From contig JBDOQK010000015.1 of the NCBI GenBank assembly GCA_040437565.1, forward strand, positions 248,001-312,000: 64,000 nt of DNA, in the 5' to 3' direction. Below are positions 12,001-22,709 of this stretch, one piece after another. The number at the start of each line of letters is the position of its first letter. Within the stretch, counting starts at the first letter, position 1. The notes beneath the pieces are model-generated. The model saw only the letters and a list, made by a program, of their open reading frames with translations, did no database searches and was not told where the DNA came from. The position numbers and the translations under genes are program-made. Source of the DNA: Albugo candida (lineage: Eukaryota).

Positions 12001-14629
12001 TCCACAGAGCGTTTGCACATTGCAAGAGGGCCAATGTCGGATTAGAATCCCTCAATGGTTGCATCTGATGGACAGAGAGCTCCACGTGATTTACATCCGA
12101 CACTCAGATGTCTATTTCACGCAAATGATTCAGAAGAAGGTCCTCGAAGGGACTGGAAATTCTTATCTGATCCCTCAGGTAGACTTGTTGATAAGCAAAA
12201 TTATCACATGCAATAAAGAGCTTGATATATTGGACGATCAGCTACTGGCATTATTGACTAGAAATATTGATAACAGAAACGATCCAAGCATCGAATCGTG
12301 GCAAGAAAACAGGATGTGGAACTTAACAAGCATCGAGGAGATGAGTGTGGTTAGCAGTCGAGTGCTTTCCGATCGGTCAGCCTATGAATCAAACCTGCTG
12401 GAAAAGCGAGCGCTAGAGCATACACTTGACCAAGTGCACGTAAAGCTGCAGAAGTTTGAGGGCTTCATCAATCTCATTTTGGGAATCCGAAAAGCTTGGG
12501 CTCGTGCAAATGCTTACTCGATTGCGTTTCGGCTCACGTTACAAAAGGAGGACGTGAAAGCCACTTCTAGGCTTGCAGACTTGTCCAGTCTTCGAATAGA
12601 AGATACTTTTTGGCTACCACAGACCTGGTTACTTGAGCTTGTTGGTAAGGTGATGAAGCAACACAACGCAGAGTTACCTTTTGAACTTGTAAGACAATTA
12701 TTTCTAAAACAAGCGCATGCGTATATGACTTCCCGGCTGCAAACTCATCACGGAATATTATACTTCAATTTTCTCATCGCATGTGAAATCATCAAACAAG
12801 ACATTTCTTCATCGAGATTCTCATCGGTGAACGTTTTCGAAGAGTACCTGCGGCGATTCATGACTGTCGTGCTGTACTGGAATGCCTCTCAAGATGCGCT
12901 TACGACGCTACTAGTTGATAAATGTACTGACGGACCTTTGTCAGATTTAGGCGATCTGAGGCCTAATGGTGTCAGCTCACAGCAATGGCAACTTGTACAG
13001 TATCTTGCCAATTGTTGTGAGCCGCTACATGAGTTTATTTTATATGTAGACAACCTTACTCTTGATGCAAAACAGCGCGTATGGGATGTATTAATGCACT
13101 CAAATGCGAGTGGATGGTACACAGAAAGCAGTTCCAGCGGTCTATCGTGGTTCAATATGGACGACAATGATCCGTCATCATCGCTTCCTTCATGCTTGGC
13201 TCCCTACTCAGTAGACCATACTCTTGTGCGTATCTCGCTGGCCGCAATATTCGCTCGGCAGCACCTTCAAGAAGAAATGGGATCATTTTATCATACTGTC
13301 ATGCAAAATGCCAACACAATTTTAGCTACCAGTATTTCAGATTTGAAACGTGAGTCCGCAAAGAATTGTCGAGCAGATTATGCTCACTCTAATCCAAGCT
13401 CGTGGAGGCATATCAAAGAAATATGGAACACATCATGTGCATCTCAACCTTTAATGGTGGTAGCCACATCCTCCGAACACGAAGCTATTTTTTGTATCAA
13501 AACTATAGCTCTGGGCTTGGAAATAAAGACTATACAAGCCGATATGCAGCAGTACGCGTATCTCGATCAATCTACCAGCGATAAGTCCATGTTCTCAACT
13601 GGAGTAACATCGCCTTGCGCTGAATTTCGAAACTGGATCCTTCCAGCCATGTGTGCTGGTAACTGGGTCCTATTTCCGCATGCGGACCTTTATCTATTTA
13701 GTGTATCCAGGGCCATAGAGTTTATCGAAACAGCCCTGCACAGCATTGACAGTATACATGAGAATTTTCGAATATGGTTTGTCGTACATATGCCTAAAGA
13801 TGCGCAATCTGAACAGCGAGAACTTTGGCGTACTTGGTCGATTTTACAAAGTGGTTTTACATGTGAGCTGCATTATGGCGTACGGTACGCCTTTGGTGAC
13901 TGCCTCACTCAATCTGCTTACATTTCAGTGGAATTGATGGAGGCGCTGGGCATAGATACAAAATTTGAGAGAAATTTTCTGTTCTTGGCGATTTACCACG
14001 GCATTTTGGTGTGGCTTGGAGGTCGCTCTTCGTGGGAAGGGATATGTGATAGTGATCTTCGGTCGGTTATCGATATTGCAATGCGAGTATTAGGCACCTG
14101 CTGTGATGAAAGAATGGCCGATTTGAATGACGGTGAAATCTGGTCTGAAGTCACGGCAGCTACCGTAACAGTGTATCATAGCAAGATGAGGAATCAAAGT
14201 ACTAGAAAAATGGCTGAAAATTTGCTTTATTCCTTAGTGACGACACGGTGTGAAGGCAATTGTTATTGTAGATTTTCTTTGTTGCCTTCAATTTGGGTGG
14301 AAGAAGCACCAGTGCACACTCAGATGGAATTCGAGGAAGTTGAGGCAACCATACCTCTGTTGAAATTGGCGAATTTGACTCGATTTGATCAGATACTTGG
14401 CCAAGATTGGCGAGACATCTGTTCGAGAGAAGCATTTGATATCACGAAAAAGGCAAGCGTAGATGAGCTTGCAGATGAGATTTACGGTCAACCAAAAGTC
14501 GATTCTAAGTCGCCGTGCTTTCAGTCATCTGCAGTCGAGCCACTAGATAGCCGACAGGAGCAGGAGCTCAACTTGATGGCGTCTATATTCTTGGCCAGCT
14601 GTGGTCACAATCAGCCAATTGAACAGTAG
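16..14629 (+). CDS. Divergent axonemal (inner-arm, DNAH3/7/12-like) dynein heavy chain with probable N-terminal CCDC81-type HU-like module; the 5' end may lie outside the window
   Basis: 4376-aa ORF with dynein motifs in canonical order: linker RELFPRFHFLSD..LAELLS and QWLKHLETCM; AAA1 entry YGYEYLGN; AAA2 SGKTQAGKS; AAA3 GPTGSGKT and VLFFDDVH; AAA5 WGIQGLPADD..IPCLIDPSQVATEWIKN; AAA6 GNWVLF..HENFRIWF. Tail motif RKAVLNYILL resembles single-headed inner-arm dyneins. Proposed exons: 16-330, 382-456, 519-559, 638-1545, then 1797-14629 after removing the gap and the 151-bp duplicate (14172 nt, 4723 aa). The 5' exon model is less certain than the dynein call. Confidence 0.88.
1395..1796. repeat. 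Gap-flanking duplication (1395-1545 = 1646-1796), assembly artefact
   Basis: Identical 151 bp on either side of the 100-N gap at 1546-1645. Collapsing it joins ORF 693 in frame to the dynein ORF. Confidence 0.95.
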
Positions 14630-15655
14630 CAGTACATCTAAGAAGTATGCTTTACATGCATTGGCGTCAAGTAGTCTGGTATCATTGTAAGCTCTAAATA
14701 TGATGAGGTACACTGTCGGGTTATGNNNNNNNNNNNNNNNNNNNNNNNNNNNNNNNNNNNNNNNNNNNNNNNNNNNNNNNNNNNNNNNNNNNNNNNNNNN
14801 NNNNNNNNNNNNNNNNNNNNNNNNNATGTAGAACTCCTACACATGGTATACACTACTTCAGACTCAAGATTATCTGTGGCTGTTTCATCAGCGACAGACC
14901 CATACCGTAGGCATACCGGTTACATGAACATATGTCTCAATTGATGCCGAGGACTCGAGCACTCAGTTCTGCGTACACAACAAAGAGTAGGGTTACAAGT
15001 CGTGAATTGATCGGTATAGCCTCTTTCATCCGCATATTCTATTACTCGCGCCAATATTGGCTGTGGAACTTAGCGTACCGTTACAGTAGAATAGAGAAAG
15101 CTGAGAGAGATTAACGATACAATCTGAACCAATCAGGATGAGCTGACTTTTTTTTTTTTGCCGATATGAGCAAGAATCAACGACGTGGACAGTCATTACA
15201 ATTCATCTCCTAGCTCTTATCGGTACTTTAGTAAAGTACAGTTCATACGCTTGTTTATTGCTACATTCGTCCGTTGAATGTTGGAGGGTACACATGTTCG
15301 TGTCAAATGCACAATCCGATAGATACCGGGATTTTCATCCAATAAGACTCTGCGTTTGCCTTCAAAGGTCACAATCTGTAGAACCGTGTATCAGCTCTAA
15401 ATTGGCTAACACTGCCAAATCTGATAGGCGACAGTCTTGAAGAACTGGTGAACCAGGAATCCAGCAGCTTAGAAAAGTGTCAAGCGAGCTACGTATATCG
15501 TGCAAACTTATATATGCGAACAAAGTTATAAGCTCTTACAGTGATACTGGATCTAGCATCAACTGACGTTTATTGCAGTGCAAAATTTTCCATAGAGCTC
15601 GAAAGATAAACTAGTTGCGAAACAAATTTACAAACGATACGTGGCTGCATATAGA

Positions 15656-16240
15656 ATGATAGTATCAAGCAAGATATCAAATAATCAATGGAAACGATTC
15701 TCTACTGATTCACATAAAAGCATTTCCGATCGACATGAAGTGACACATCTACGACGACGCGATTTGCATGCGTGCAATGCATCCGAGCAATCCTATGGAA
15801 GTACGAAAAGAAAAAAGAGTGTTCGTTGGGATAAGATCACTGTGTATGAATTCGGTGTTGGTCTAGGCGGCAGTACTGTGTCTAACAGAGGAGGCCCGTC
15901 AATTGGTCTGTCTGAAAAACCCGAGTTCACCTGGTATACAAAAGTCGGAGAAATGGCAGAGTGCAGTGAAGGTATTCATCGTTTCACTCCTGAAGAAAGA
16001 GTTTACTTATTAAAGACTGCTGGAATTGATGATGAAATAATTCTTCGATATTCCCGTGAAGCCTCAATCATACTAGGATCAAGAAAGCGTACGATGGCAG
16101 AGACAGTGAAGGAACGTCAGCGACAACGCCATAAAAGGCGAACCATCGACTCTCTGGACCAAACTTGCTCCACTTATGCTCAAAAGCGGCCAGCTTTGAT
16201 CCCAGCCAATTATGATTTAGCAATTTTACTTAGTGGTTGA
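15656..16240 (+). CDS. Small basic protein with a CSRNP-N-like motif and an RVxF-type PP1-docking motif
   Basis: Single ORF, first ATG at 15656. RKKSVRWDKITVYEFGVGLGGSTVSNRGGPSIGLS resembles the CSRNP N-terminal pattern (V.FD.VTVYYF.R.QG...VPSQGGS.LGM). Basic NLS-like tail RQRQRHKRR. Confidence 0.6.
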   Translation: MIVSSKISNNQWKRFSTDSHKSISDRHEVTHLRRRDLHACNASEQSYGSTKRKKSVRWDKITVYEFGVGLGGSTVSNRGGPSIGLSEKPEFTWYTKVGEMAECSEGIHRFTPEERVYLLKTAGIDDEIILRYSREASIILGSRKRTMAETVKERQRQRHKRRTIDSLDQTCSTYAQKRPALIPANYDLAILLSG

Positions 16241-17117
16241 ACTTCCTAGAAGGCATTCGCTAGCATTAGGTTCTGCTAGTTATAAATATCTCAGGATTGC
16301 GGATAGACTAGAGACCTGCTAATCATGCTTGTTACGGGCCATTGCATTTTGATTTTACAATAGAAAAAATGTTCTAGTAAACAGGACACTTGGCTGTAAA
16401 ACCTGCTATGCGACATCACGTGAGACATTGATTGCCTGATTATTCATCCCTGGTTAAGACGTTACAAACTTTACCTGGGAATAATAATAATTATAGAACG
16501 GGTCACCTGGCGATCGTAAGTTCGATCAGGACTTAGGGCTGTGCAGAGAGGAGCAACTGATTAAACACGCAACCGGAATCGAAGTCGAGTGATACAAAAG
16601 TGGTGGTTAGCTAACAACGTCGTCAGATGTTGATCAAGTCATGGATACGAAAGCGTATTTCACTTTTCTGATTCCGACGAGCATCGCATTGATCATGTCT
16701 ACTTTGGGCTTTCATTCGCGCTGTTAAGTACAGCACGGTGAGCAAAAGTCAATTCGGAGACAGTTGGAAAACAGCCTCACAACTAGAAAAGGCGATGAAC
16801 GGAAAAGTTTTGTCCAAAGTTGTCATCCAACTGTCACTTCGACGGCCTAAATTTAGTTGGCTTTCTACGATTCGTCCGCTAGCCTAACCTTTTAGCCCCG
16901 GTACGCGTTTTGATCTTCTACATGCTGAGATACGATAGTAGACACACAACGCGGGCTTACTTCCACGTATAGAGAGTAAGTCCTTAGTAGGCTGACAGGA
17001 TGATTTCGTCAATCTGCAAACATGATATCGTGTGGACATGAGAACATACGTTTTTGTTTGAAAAAACACAGAACCGCCGAGACATAATTTATACAAAAGC
17101 ATCTTGATACTGTCTCG

Positions 17118-17456
17118 TTAACCTTTTTTCATCTTAGTCTCATTGAAAATCACATGCTGTCGCACTATTGGATCGTACTGACAACAAAAGACTTACTTTC
17201 ACATTCGATGATAAGATATGAAGATGCGTACCTTTCGAAGGGAGAGTTTACGCTGCACATTACGAGGATTCTTGGTGGTGGTATAGAAGAATCTACATTT
17301 GCTTGTCAGTTGCTTACCGGATGAACAAGACTGTGTACCCTGTATTTGCTGAGCTGATCATTTTGATGATAATGTTCTTTGCTTTTCCCTAAGGAATTTT
17401 ATTTTTAGGAATAAGTCGTTCGCGTAGGATGACGTGACATAGTTTACTTTCGCCAT
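17118..17456 (-). CDS. MRPL33: Mitochondrial-type ribosomal protein L33 (bL33m), 59 aa, 4 exons
   Basis: Exons 17456-17448, 17388-17339, 17292-17232 and 17177-17118 with GT-AG introns of 59, 46 and 54 nt splice to [59 protein letters not shown]. This carries the L33 signatures S.A.TG.FY..KN and L.KYDP....HV.F.E. Confidence 0.95.
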
Positions 17457-17735
17457 TGTGTTCCAATCGATAAAGACGATATTATCACCAATCCGGTCTA
17501 TGTACCTTTGAAACTTAACAGTCAATAATTTTTTCCTGGCTCGTGCATGGTGATCCTTTGCAAAAACACACACGACTAGATGCATTTATAGTCTCATATA
17601 CGAGTTCAGAAAGGTTATAAAACATAAAACCTCCATGACCCAGGATAAAGAATATCGCCAGGAATGAATCCATAATCACAGTTTCTATTATTAGGCTGTC
17701 TGAGCACGCAAAGCCAAGCGGGTGTCTTGGAAGAC

Positions 17736-19025
17736 ATGACGGCCTCAAATCGAAAGAAAATAGTTGAAAGTCGTGTTTCAAGTGATCTTTGTGCAACTGC
17801 ATGTGAAGAATCCGATGAATTGGTCGTTCTTTGTGCTAAACAGTACTCTCAGCAGTGGATACGAAAGGAGAAAATTGGTCAAGGAGCTCAAGGATCTGTT
17901 TATCGGTGTGTGGACATCAGAACCGGTCAGGAGGTAGCTGTCAAAATAATCAACACACAAGGTACATCCCCCACTGAAGTCGAAAACATAAAGGAAGAGG
18001 TCAAAATCATAAAGCAATTGCACCATAGCTGTCTTGTTCAATATTATAAAATCAAACAGGAGAAGAGGAAGAAACAACTCCGGATATACATGGAGTATGG
18101 TGCAGGCGGCGCTTTGAGCTGTAAAATACGTCGTGATGGACCAATTTTGCTACCTGCACTCCGCACGTTTACTCGTCAACTTGTGAGAGGTCTACAATTT
18201 CTTCATGAAAATGGGATCGCGCATCGAGATGTTAAATGTGCCAACATTTTCTTATCCAGGGATTGTCAAAGTATAAAACTTGGGGATTTTGGTGCTTACA
18301 AAGTGTTCGGGAAAGTATCTCTAGTAGGAGGATTAAAGGGTACACCACATTGGATGGCTCCGGAGGTCATACGCGAACAATGCACTTCTGAAGATGCATG
18401 GATCAGGGCCGATATATGGAGTTTGGGATGTACCGTCCTGGAGATGTTTACGGGACGTAGTCCATGGCAAGAATATAGTAATCCGATGGCTGCAATGTAC
18501 CAGATTGTTACAAGCGATCAAATCCCAAACATCCCAAGCTTAGCGCCAGACGATCTTGTCGAATTTCTACAAAAGTGTTTGCATCGTGAACCATCGAAAC
18601 GTTTCACGACAACGGGATTACTGCAATTGCCATTTATACATAACGAAAGCAAAAAAAAGAAGGATCCTTTGCAAGGTCTCAGGAGCCGGTGCGTTGATTT
18701 GTTACAAGTAGACGTGTCAGACGCGAAGGGGGATGCAAAGCTTTTTTCAAAAAACTGTGTGAGAGAGGAAGAAAACTATTGTGTTTCCGAGATGGAGGAA
18801 CCAGAACAAGGAGAAAGGAAAACTATACAAATGTTGCCACCAATCGGACAGCTTGTCTCAAGCATAAACGGTGTCGGTAGAATGAGGCAACTGCATCACG
18901 ATAACTTGGTGGGTACTGTCTACACACGCGCAGTGACAGCTCCCATTCCGTCTATCCCAAAGTTTTCAGATCGTAGATACAGCGGGCATTCACAAGCTAA
19001 GCTACCCCCTTTGTTATTGCGCTAG
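17736..19025 (+). CDS. STE11/MEKK-family Ser/Thr kinase (MAPKKK)
   Basis: GQGAQGSV, VAVK, HRDVKCANI, DFG, KGTPHWMAPEV, ADIWSLGCTVLEMFTGRSPW and NPMAAMYQI, typical of STE11-type kinases. Single exon. Confidence 0.92.
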   Translation: MTASNRKKIVESRVSSDLCATACEESDELVVLCAKQYSQQWIRKEKIGQGAQGSVYRCVDIRTGQEVAVKIINTQGTSPTEVENIKEEVKIIKQLHHSCLVQYYKIKQEKRKKQLRIYMEYGAGGALSCKIRRDGPILLPALRTFTRQLVRGLQFLHENGIAHRDVKCANIFLSRDCQSIKLGDFGAYKVFGKVSLVGGLKGTPHWMAPEVIREQCTSEDAWIRADIWSLGCTVLEMFTGRSPWQEYSNPMAAMYQIVTSDQIPNIPSLAPDDLVEFLQKCLHREPSKRFTTTGLLQLPFIHNESKKKKDPLQGLRSRCVDLLQVDVSDAKGDAKLFSKNCVREEENYCVSEMEEPEQGERKTIQMLPPIGQLVSSINGVGRMRQLHHDNLVGTVYTRAVTAPIPSIPKFSDRRYSGHSQAKLPPLLLR

Positions 19026-19819
19026 AAGAGTAGTTCCATGCATTTACGACCAGATATACATCATCATTACATTCTACTAGCAACTTACACGCATGAAATA
19101 AATAAATCTGTATTGCGATTTGGATGCTTCATAAAACGGGTATGGTACAACAAACAGTTTGGTGACCGGAAGCAATTACGCTGAGCCTATACGACGCAGA
19201 GCTGGCAATAACATGACTGTGCTCATATTGAATATTATTAAAATTGGACAATTGGCAGATGTGCTGATAGAAAATAAGACGTAACAAGTACACGGCTCGC
19301 AGCTGTATTACTTACTCATCCAGTTTTGGAAAGATAAACATCTTATAGAAAAGACATGGTCGTCGGGAAGAATGTGTCCTCATCGTCAGCTTCTTGACTG
19401 TCAAGTGACCACATTATTGATTTTTCAATCAAGACTTCCCCCAAGTTATAACAACAAAGGTAGCTTTGGAAATGCAAGATCTTACAAAAAAACTCGATCT
19501 GTGAGTGCAAGTTGTGACTACTTCGGGGATATAATGCTCGATAGAACGCTCTAGCGAAGTCGTACGACTCATGATAAACACAGCTATTCTAGTCTTTGAT
19601 TGAAATTCGCTCCTGACGTCATGCAGCAGAGATAAGTCATTCTTCAAACCCTCTAGTGCTCATGTTCATTTTTACTATAATCTATCGTTTCGTATTGATA
19701 CGTGATTAGCACGAATCTCGCTGCATTTGTCTATTATTGTGTGTCTTTTTATATCGGCACCCAAGTGACAATGAGGATAGGACATTTCCGATCTTGTTTT
19801 TGGTAAAACAGCTGATCTG

Positions 19820-20461
19820 ATGGCTTTCTTTGGTATCACAATTCTTGGTGCACAAAATCCATTCGACGAGACAAAAGCGACGCCTCTGCACGCTTTTTCT
19901 GAGCAGGAATTCCAAAAGGCCTTCTTGGAAACGTATCAACCTGGCTTTTCATTGTATTCAGAAGACGAGGATGTTGCTATAGCACGTAGAGAAGCCGGTA
20001 ATTTCGTCACGATCAATCACGCACAGCTGAGGGCTTTTGTAATGAACCTTTACAAATGCCCACAAGGTATAGATAATGCACCAAGTCTCTCGTACGCTTA
20101 TTTGGATAAAGCTTTCCACGATCTTGTTGGTAACGAAATATCGCTTGCGATGCTTCAGCAAAGACTAGTACTAGCTTGCAAGTTGTCACAAGAAGAGGAA
20201 GCAAAATCTCTCGAATCAGTATATAGTCGCCAGGAGAATGACACACGAGAATACATCTCAGCTCAAGAATTACGTACAGCTCATGGGAAGCATCACCGAA
20301 TGATGAAGAACCCATCTGAGAAGAGTCTAGTCACAATGATTGAGTCTCAGACATACGGATGGCAGAAGCCGGGCTTCAAGCAGGAACGACGACCAAAACA
20401 GAGTTGTGAGGAGACAAAATTTGCCAGCGCCATGACAAAAGCTGGAATGTATTATTATTAG
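19820..20461 (+). CDS. TEX49/SPMIP11-like ciliary microtubule inner protein
   Basis: N-terminus MAFFGITILGAQNPF resembles the TEX49 start (MAFF....LG.QN.F). C-terminal NPSEK...MIESQTYGW...RRPKQSCEETKF resembles microtubule-inner-protein motifs. Intact single ORF. Confidence 0.7.
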   Translation: MAFFGITILGAQNPFDETKATPLHAFSEQEFQKAFLETYQPGFSLYSEDEDVAIARREAGNFVTINHAQLRAFVMNLYKCPQGIDNAPSLSYAYLDKAFHDLVGNEISLAMLQQRLVLACKLSQEEEAKSLESVYSRQENDTREYISAQELRTAHGKHHRMMKNPSEKSLVTMIESQTYGWQKPGFKQERRPKQSCEETKFASAMTKAGMYYY

Positions 20462-20564
20462 TCATAAATTCTAGTTTAAGGCACACTGAGCTCTGATCGC
20501 ATCTGTAAGAAATAAACACTTGGTACGAAATCCCTGACATCCAACTGACGCACACCCTTAGGTG

Positions 20565-22709
20565 TCAGCGGTTCGTGATTCCTAGATTTTGGCTCAACTC
20601 ATCTCGTACATTTCCCCCGTTGGATTCTTCCCGTGACTGTAATTTACGACTTATTGATGATGAGGACCTCGATTTTGACTTGCGAGGATACCTACGACTA
20701 TTGCGAGCTAAAGGTCGACGAAAACGAGTATAGGAACCTGATCGTGATGATCTCGATTCCGAGCTTGATCGATGATTGCTCCGAGATCTTGCACGCGACC
20801 TAGATGGAGACCGAGGCTGATGGCGAAAACGAGACCGAGCTTGGAATCTAGAATTGGGTCGTCTTCTCCGTTGAAATTGAAATTGCGACCGTGATCGTGA
20901 ACGTGACCGCATTCTTCTTTTGAGACGCTCATCTCTACTAGCTTCTTGATTAGCGGCTTTGTGAGAAGAGTGATGTGTTCCTGCGGCACTTGATGCATGC
21001 TCGTGCGGTGAGAGAACGGAATTTGTTTTTCGACCCTGTTCTATTGCAAAATGTGTATCTCCATTATGGTCCTTATTAGAAACACTGCTCGGATCAGTCG
21101 CATTATTCGCATCACCAGAGCTGTTTGCTTGACGAGTCTGCTTCAGGACACGCTCTTCAATGTCTTGACGTAGCTTCCACTCTCGTTCGCGCCGTTTTTT
21201 CACACCCTCGTCGCGTAATTTCTGTTCTGACTGTCGTCTTTTAGAGAAGCTTTCTATCGGGGGAGGAGATGGAAGTTGCGTCTGCACTATCAGTTGTTCC
21301 AACTTATAAACGTTTTGCTGCACTCGAAAAAAATCTTCCATTTTCAAGTCGCTGCAACCAAAAAACGTTTGGAATCGCTTGGCTACAGCATACAAAGATT
21401 CTAATACAGTTGCAGGTTCCTTTTTCGTCATAAACTCTTCCACTTTGGATGCCCATACAAGGGCTCTATCAGTATCACTTTCCAATTTCTCCCACTCGCT
21501 AATAACGTCTTCCTGTGGCTCGTGAACGGGCTGAAATTTCAACAGTGTATTCCGAATAAAGTCGTAATTTACACTTTCTTCATATTTGAGCGACAAAAGA
21601 TACCTCATGATTGCCAGTAAATGGTGTGCGCCCACAAGTCCATCGACCAGTAATTCCGGTTTTTTCTCCGTGTAGTATTCTTTCAGCTCAAGAACAATTT
21701 GACGATTTTTTTGCTGTGCATCCAATGCCCATGGAAGTTCCCCACGCATAAAGTCCAAAAGTAGATAAAACCAGGACCATAAATCATCTTTAGGGCTCAG
21801 TTCCTGCCGACGATGAGCACTTAGCGAGGCGTACATCGATGTACCACGAAAATCTGCTTTTTCACGGGCTGGTATGATTTTCCCATCGATACGGTATTGT
21901 CTCGACAAACCAAAGTCGATAATATAGTATTTCCTAAGTGCACAAGTGTAACGTCGAACAAAACACGATCGCAATACATCACAGTATACCTTCTTGATGA
22001 AGTCAAGGGTAGACCGGAAGCGAAATTGGATGCTTTGATGTCACGATGGACATAACCATGAGAGTGGAACGCTTCAATGCAATCCAGCATCTACAAGACG
22101 TATATATCATTTTGAAGCTCCAGTGGGTGAATGAATTAGAAGGAACCTCAAGGCCCACGGAGACACACTTATTAACAGAGATTCCTCGAGATGCATCAGG
22201 AGACATCCGAAGCATTGACATACTTTCACCTAGCAACTCCATGACAAGGACTGTGCTTTCTGCATGTTTGCTACATGAAAGCACTCATTAGTATGATGAG
22301 TCAAATCTGTACGATAATAAATACGTGCCCAAAATAATAGTATCGACAAACGTGACGACAGCTTTGCAAACTTTTGAGAATCGTGCTCTCCCATTCAAGA
22401 ACTGGTTTTAGGGAAGTGGGAGCTTCCACTTTTACAGCAACTCGTTGACCAGTGTCGATGGCATTTGCTGCATAAATCTGACTGAATGTTCCCTGCGGTA
22501 ATCAAATTCATCTGAATGAAGACGGACAAACCAGAAACGCTGGCAAATATTACCTCTCCTATTTTTTCAACGATCTTCCATCGATCTCCGATAATATCAC
22601 CCGCCTACGACTTCACGTCAGATCAAATTTTGGCAGTACCACATATCATTGTAGGAGTTTGTACAAGTAGAATATTCTTATTAATGGGTTCCATCGAGGA
22701 CGACTGCAT
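20565..22709 (-). CDS. CK1-group kinase, tau-tubulin kinase (TTBK)-like, with an Arg/Ser-rich C-terminal tail; 6 exons
   Basis: Spliced reading gives GDRWKIVEKIGEGTFSQIY, VAVKVE, VLVMELLG, HRDIKASNF, IIDFGLSR, FRGTSMYAS and DDLWSWFY. Five short introns, one of them apparently GC-AG (22328-22271). Confidence 0.9.

Noticed and set aside
2536-14491. Many 60-170 aa antisense and alternate-frame ORFs within the dynein (and similarly within RPC1)
   Set aside because: Expected shadow ORFs of long coding regions, with no independent motifs.
15147-15159. T-run that could be a Pol III terminator or a retroposon tail
   Set aside because: No upstream A/B boxes, recognisable ncRNA or target-site duplication.
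17457-17672. Possible upstream exon giving L33 a signal-peptide-like extension (MDSFLAIFFILGHG...)
   Set aside because: L33 is already complete from MAK at 17456, and the extension would leave only about 60 bp of promoter before the MAPKKK. Probably chance.
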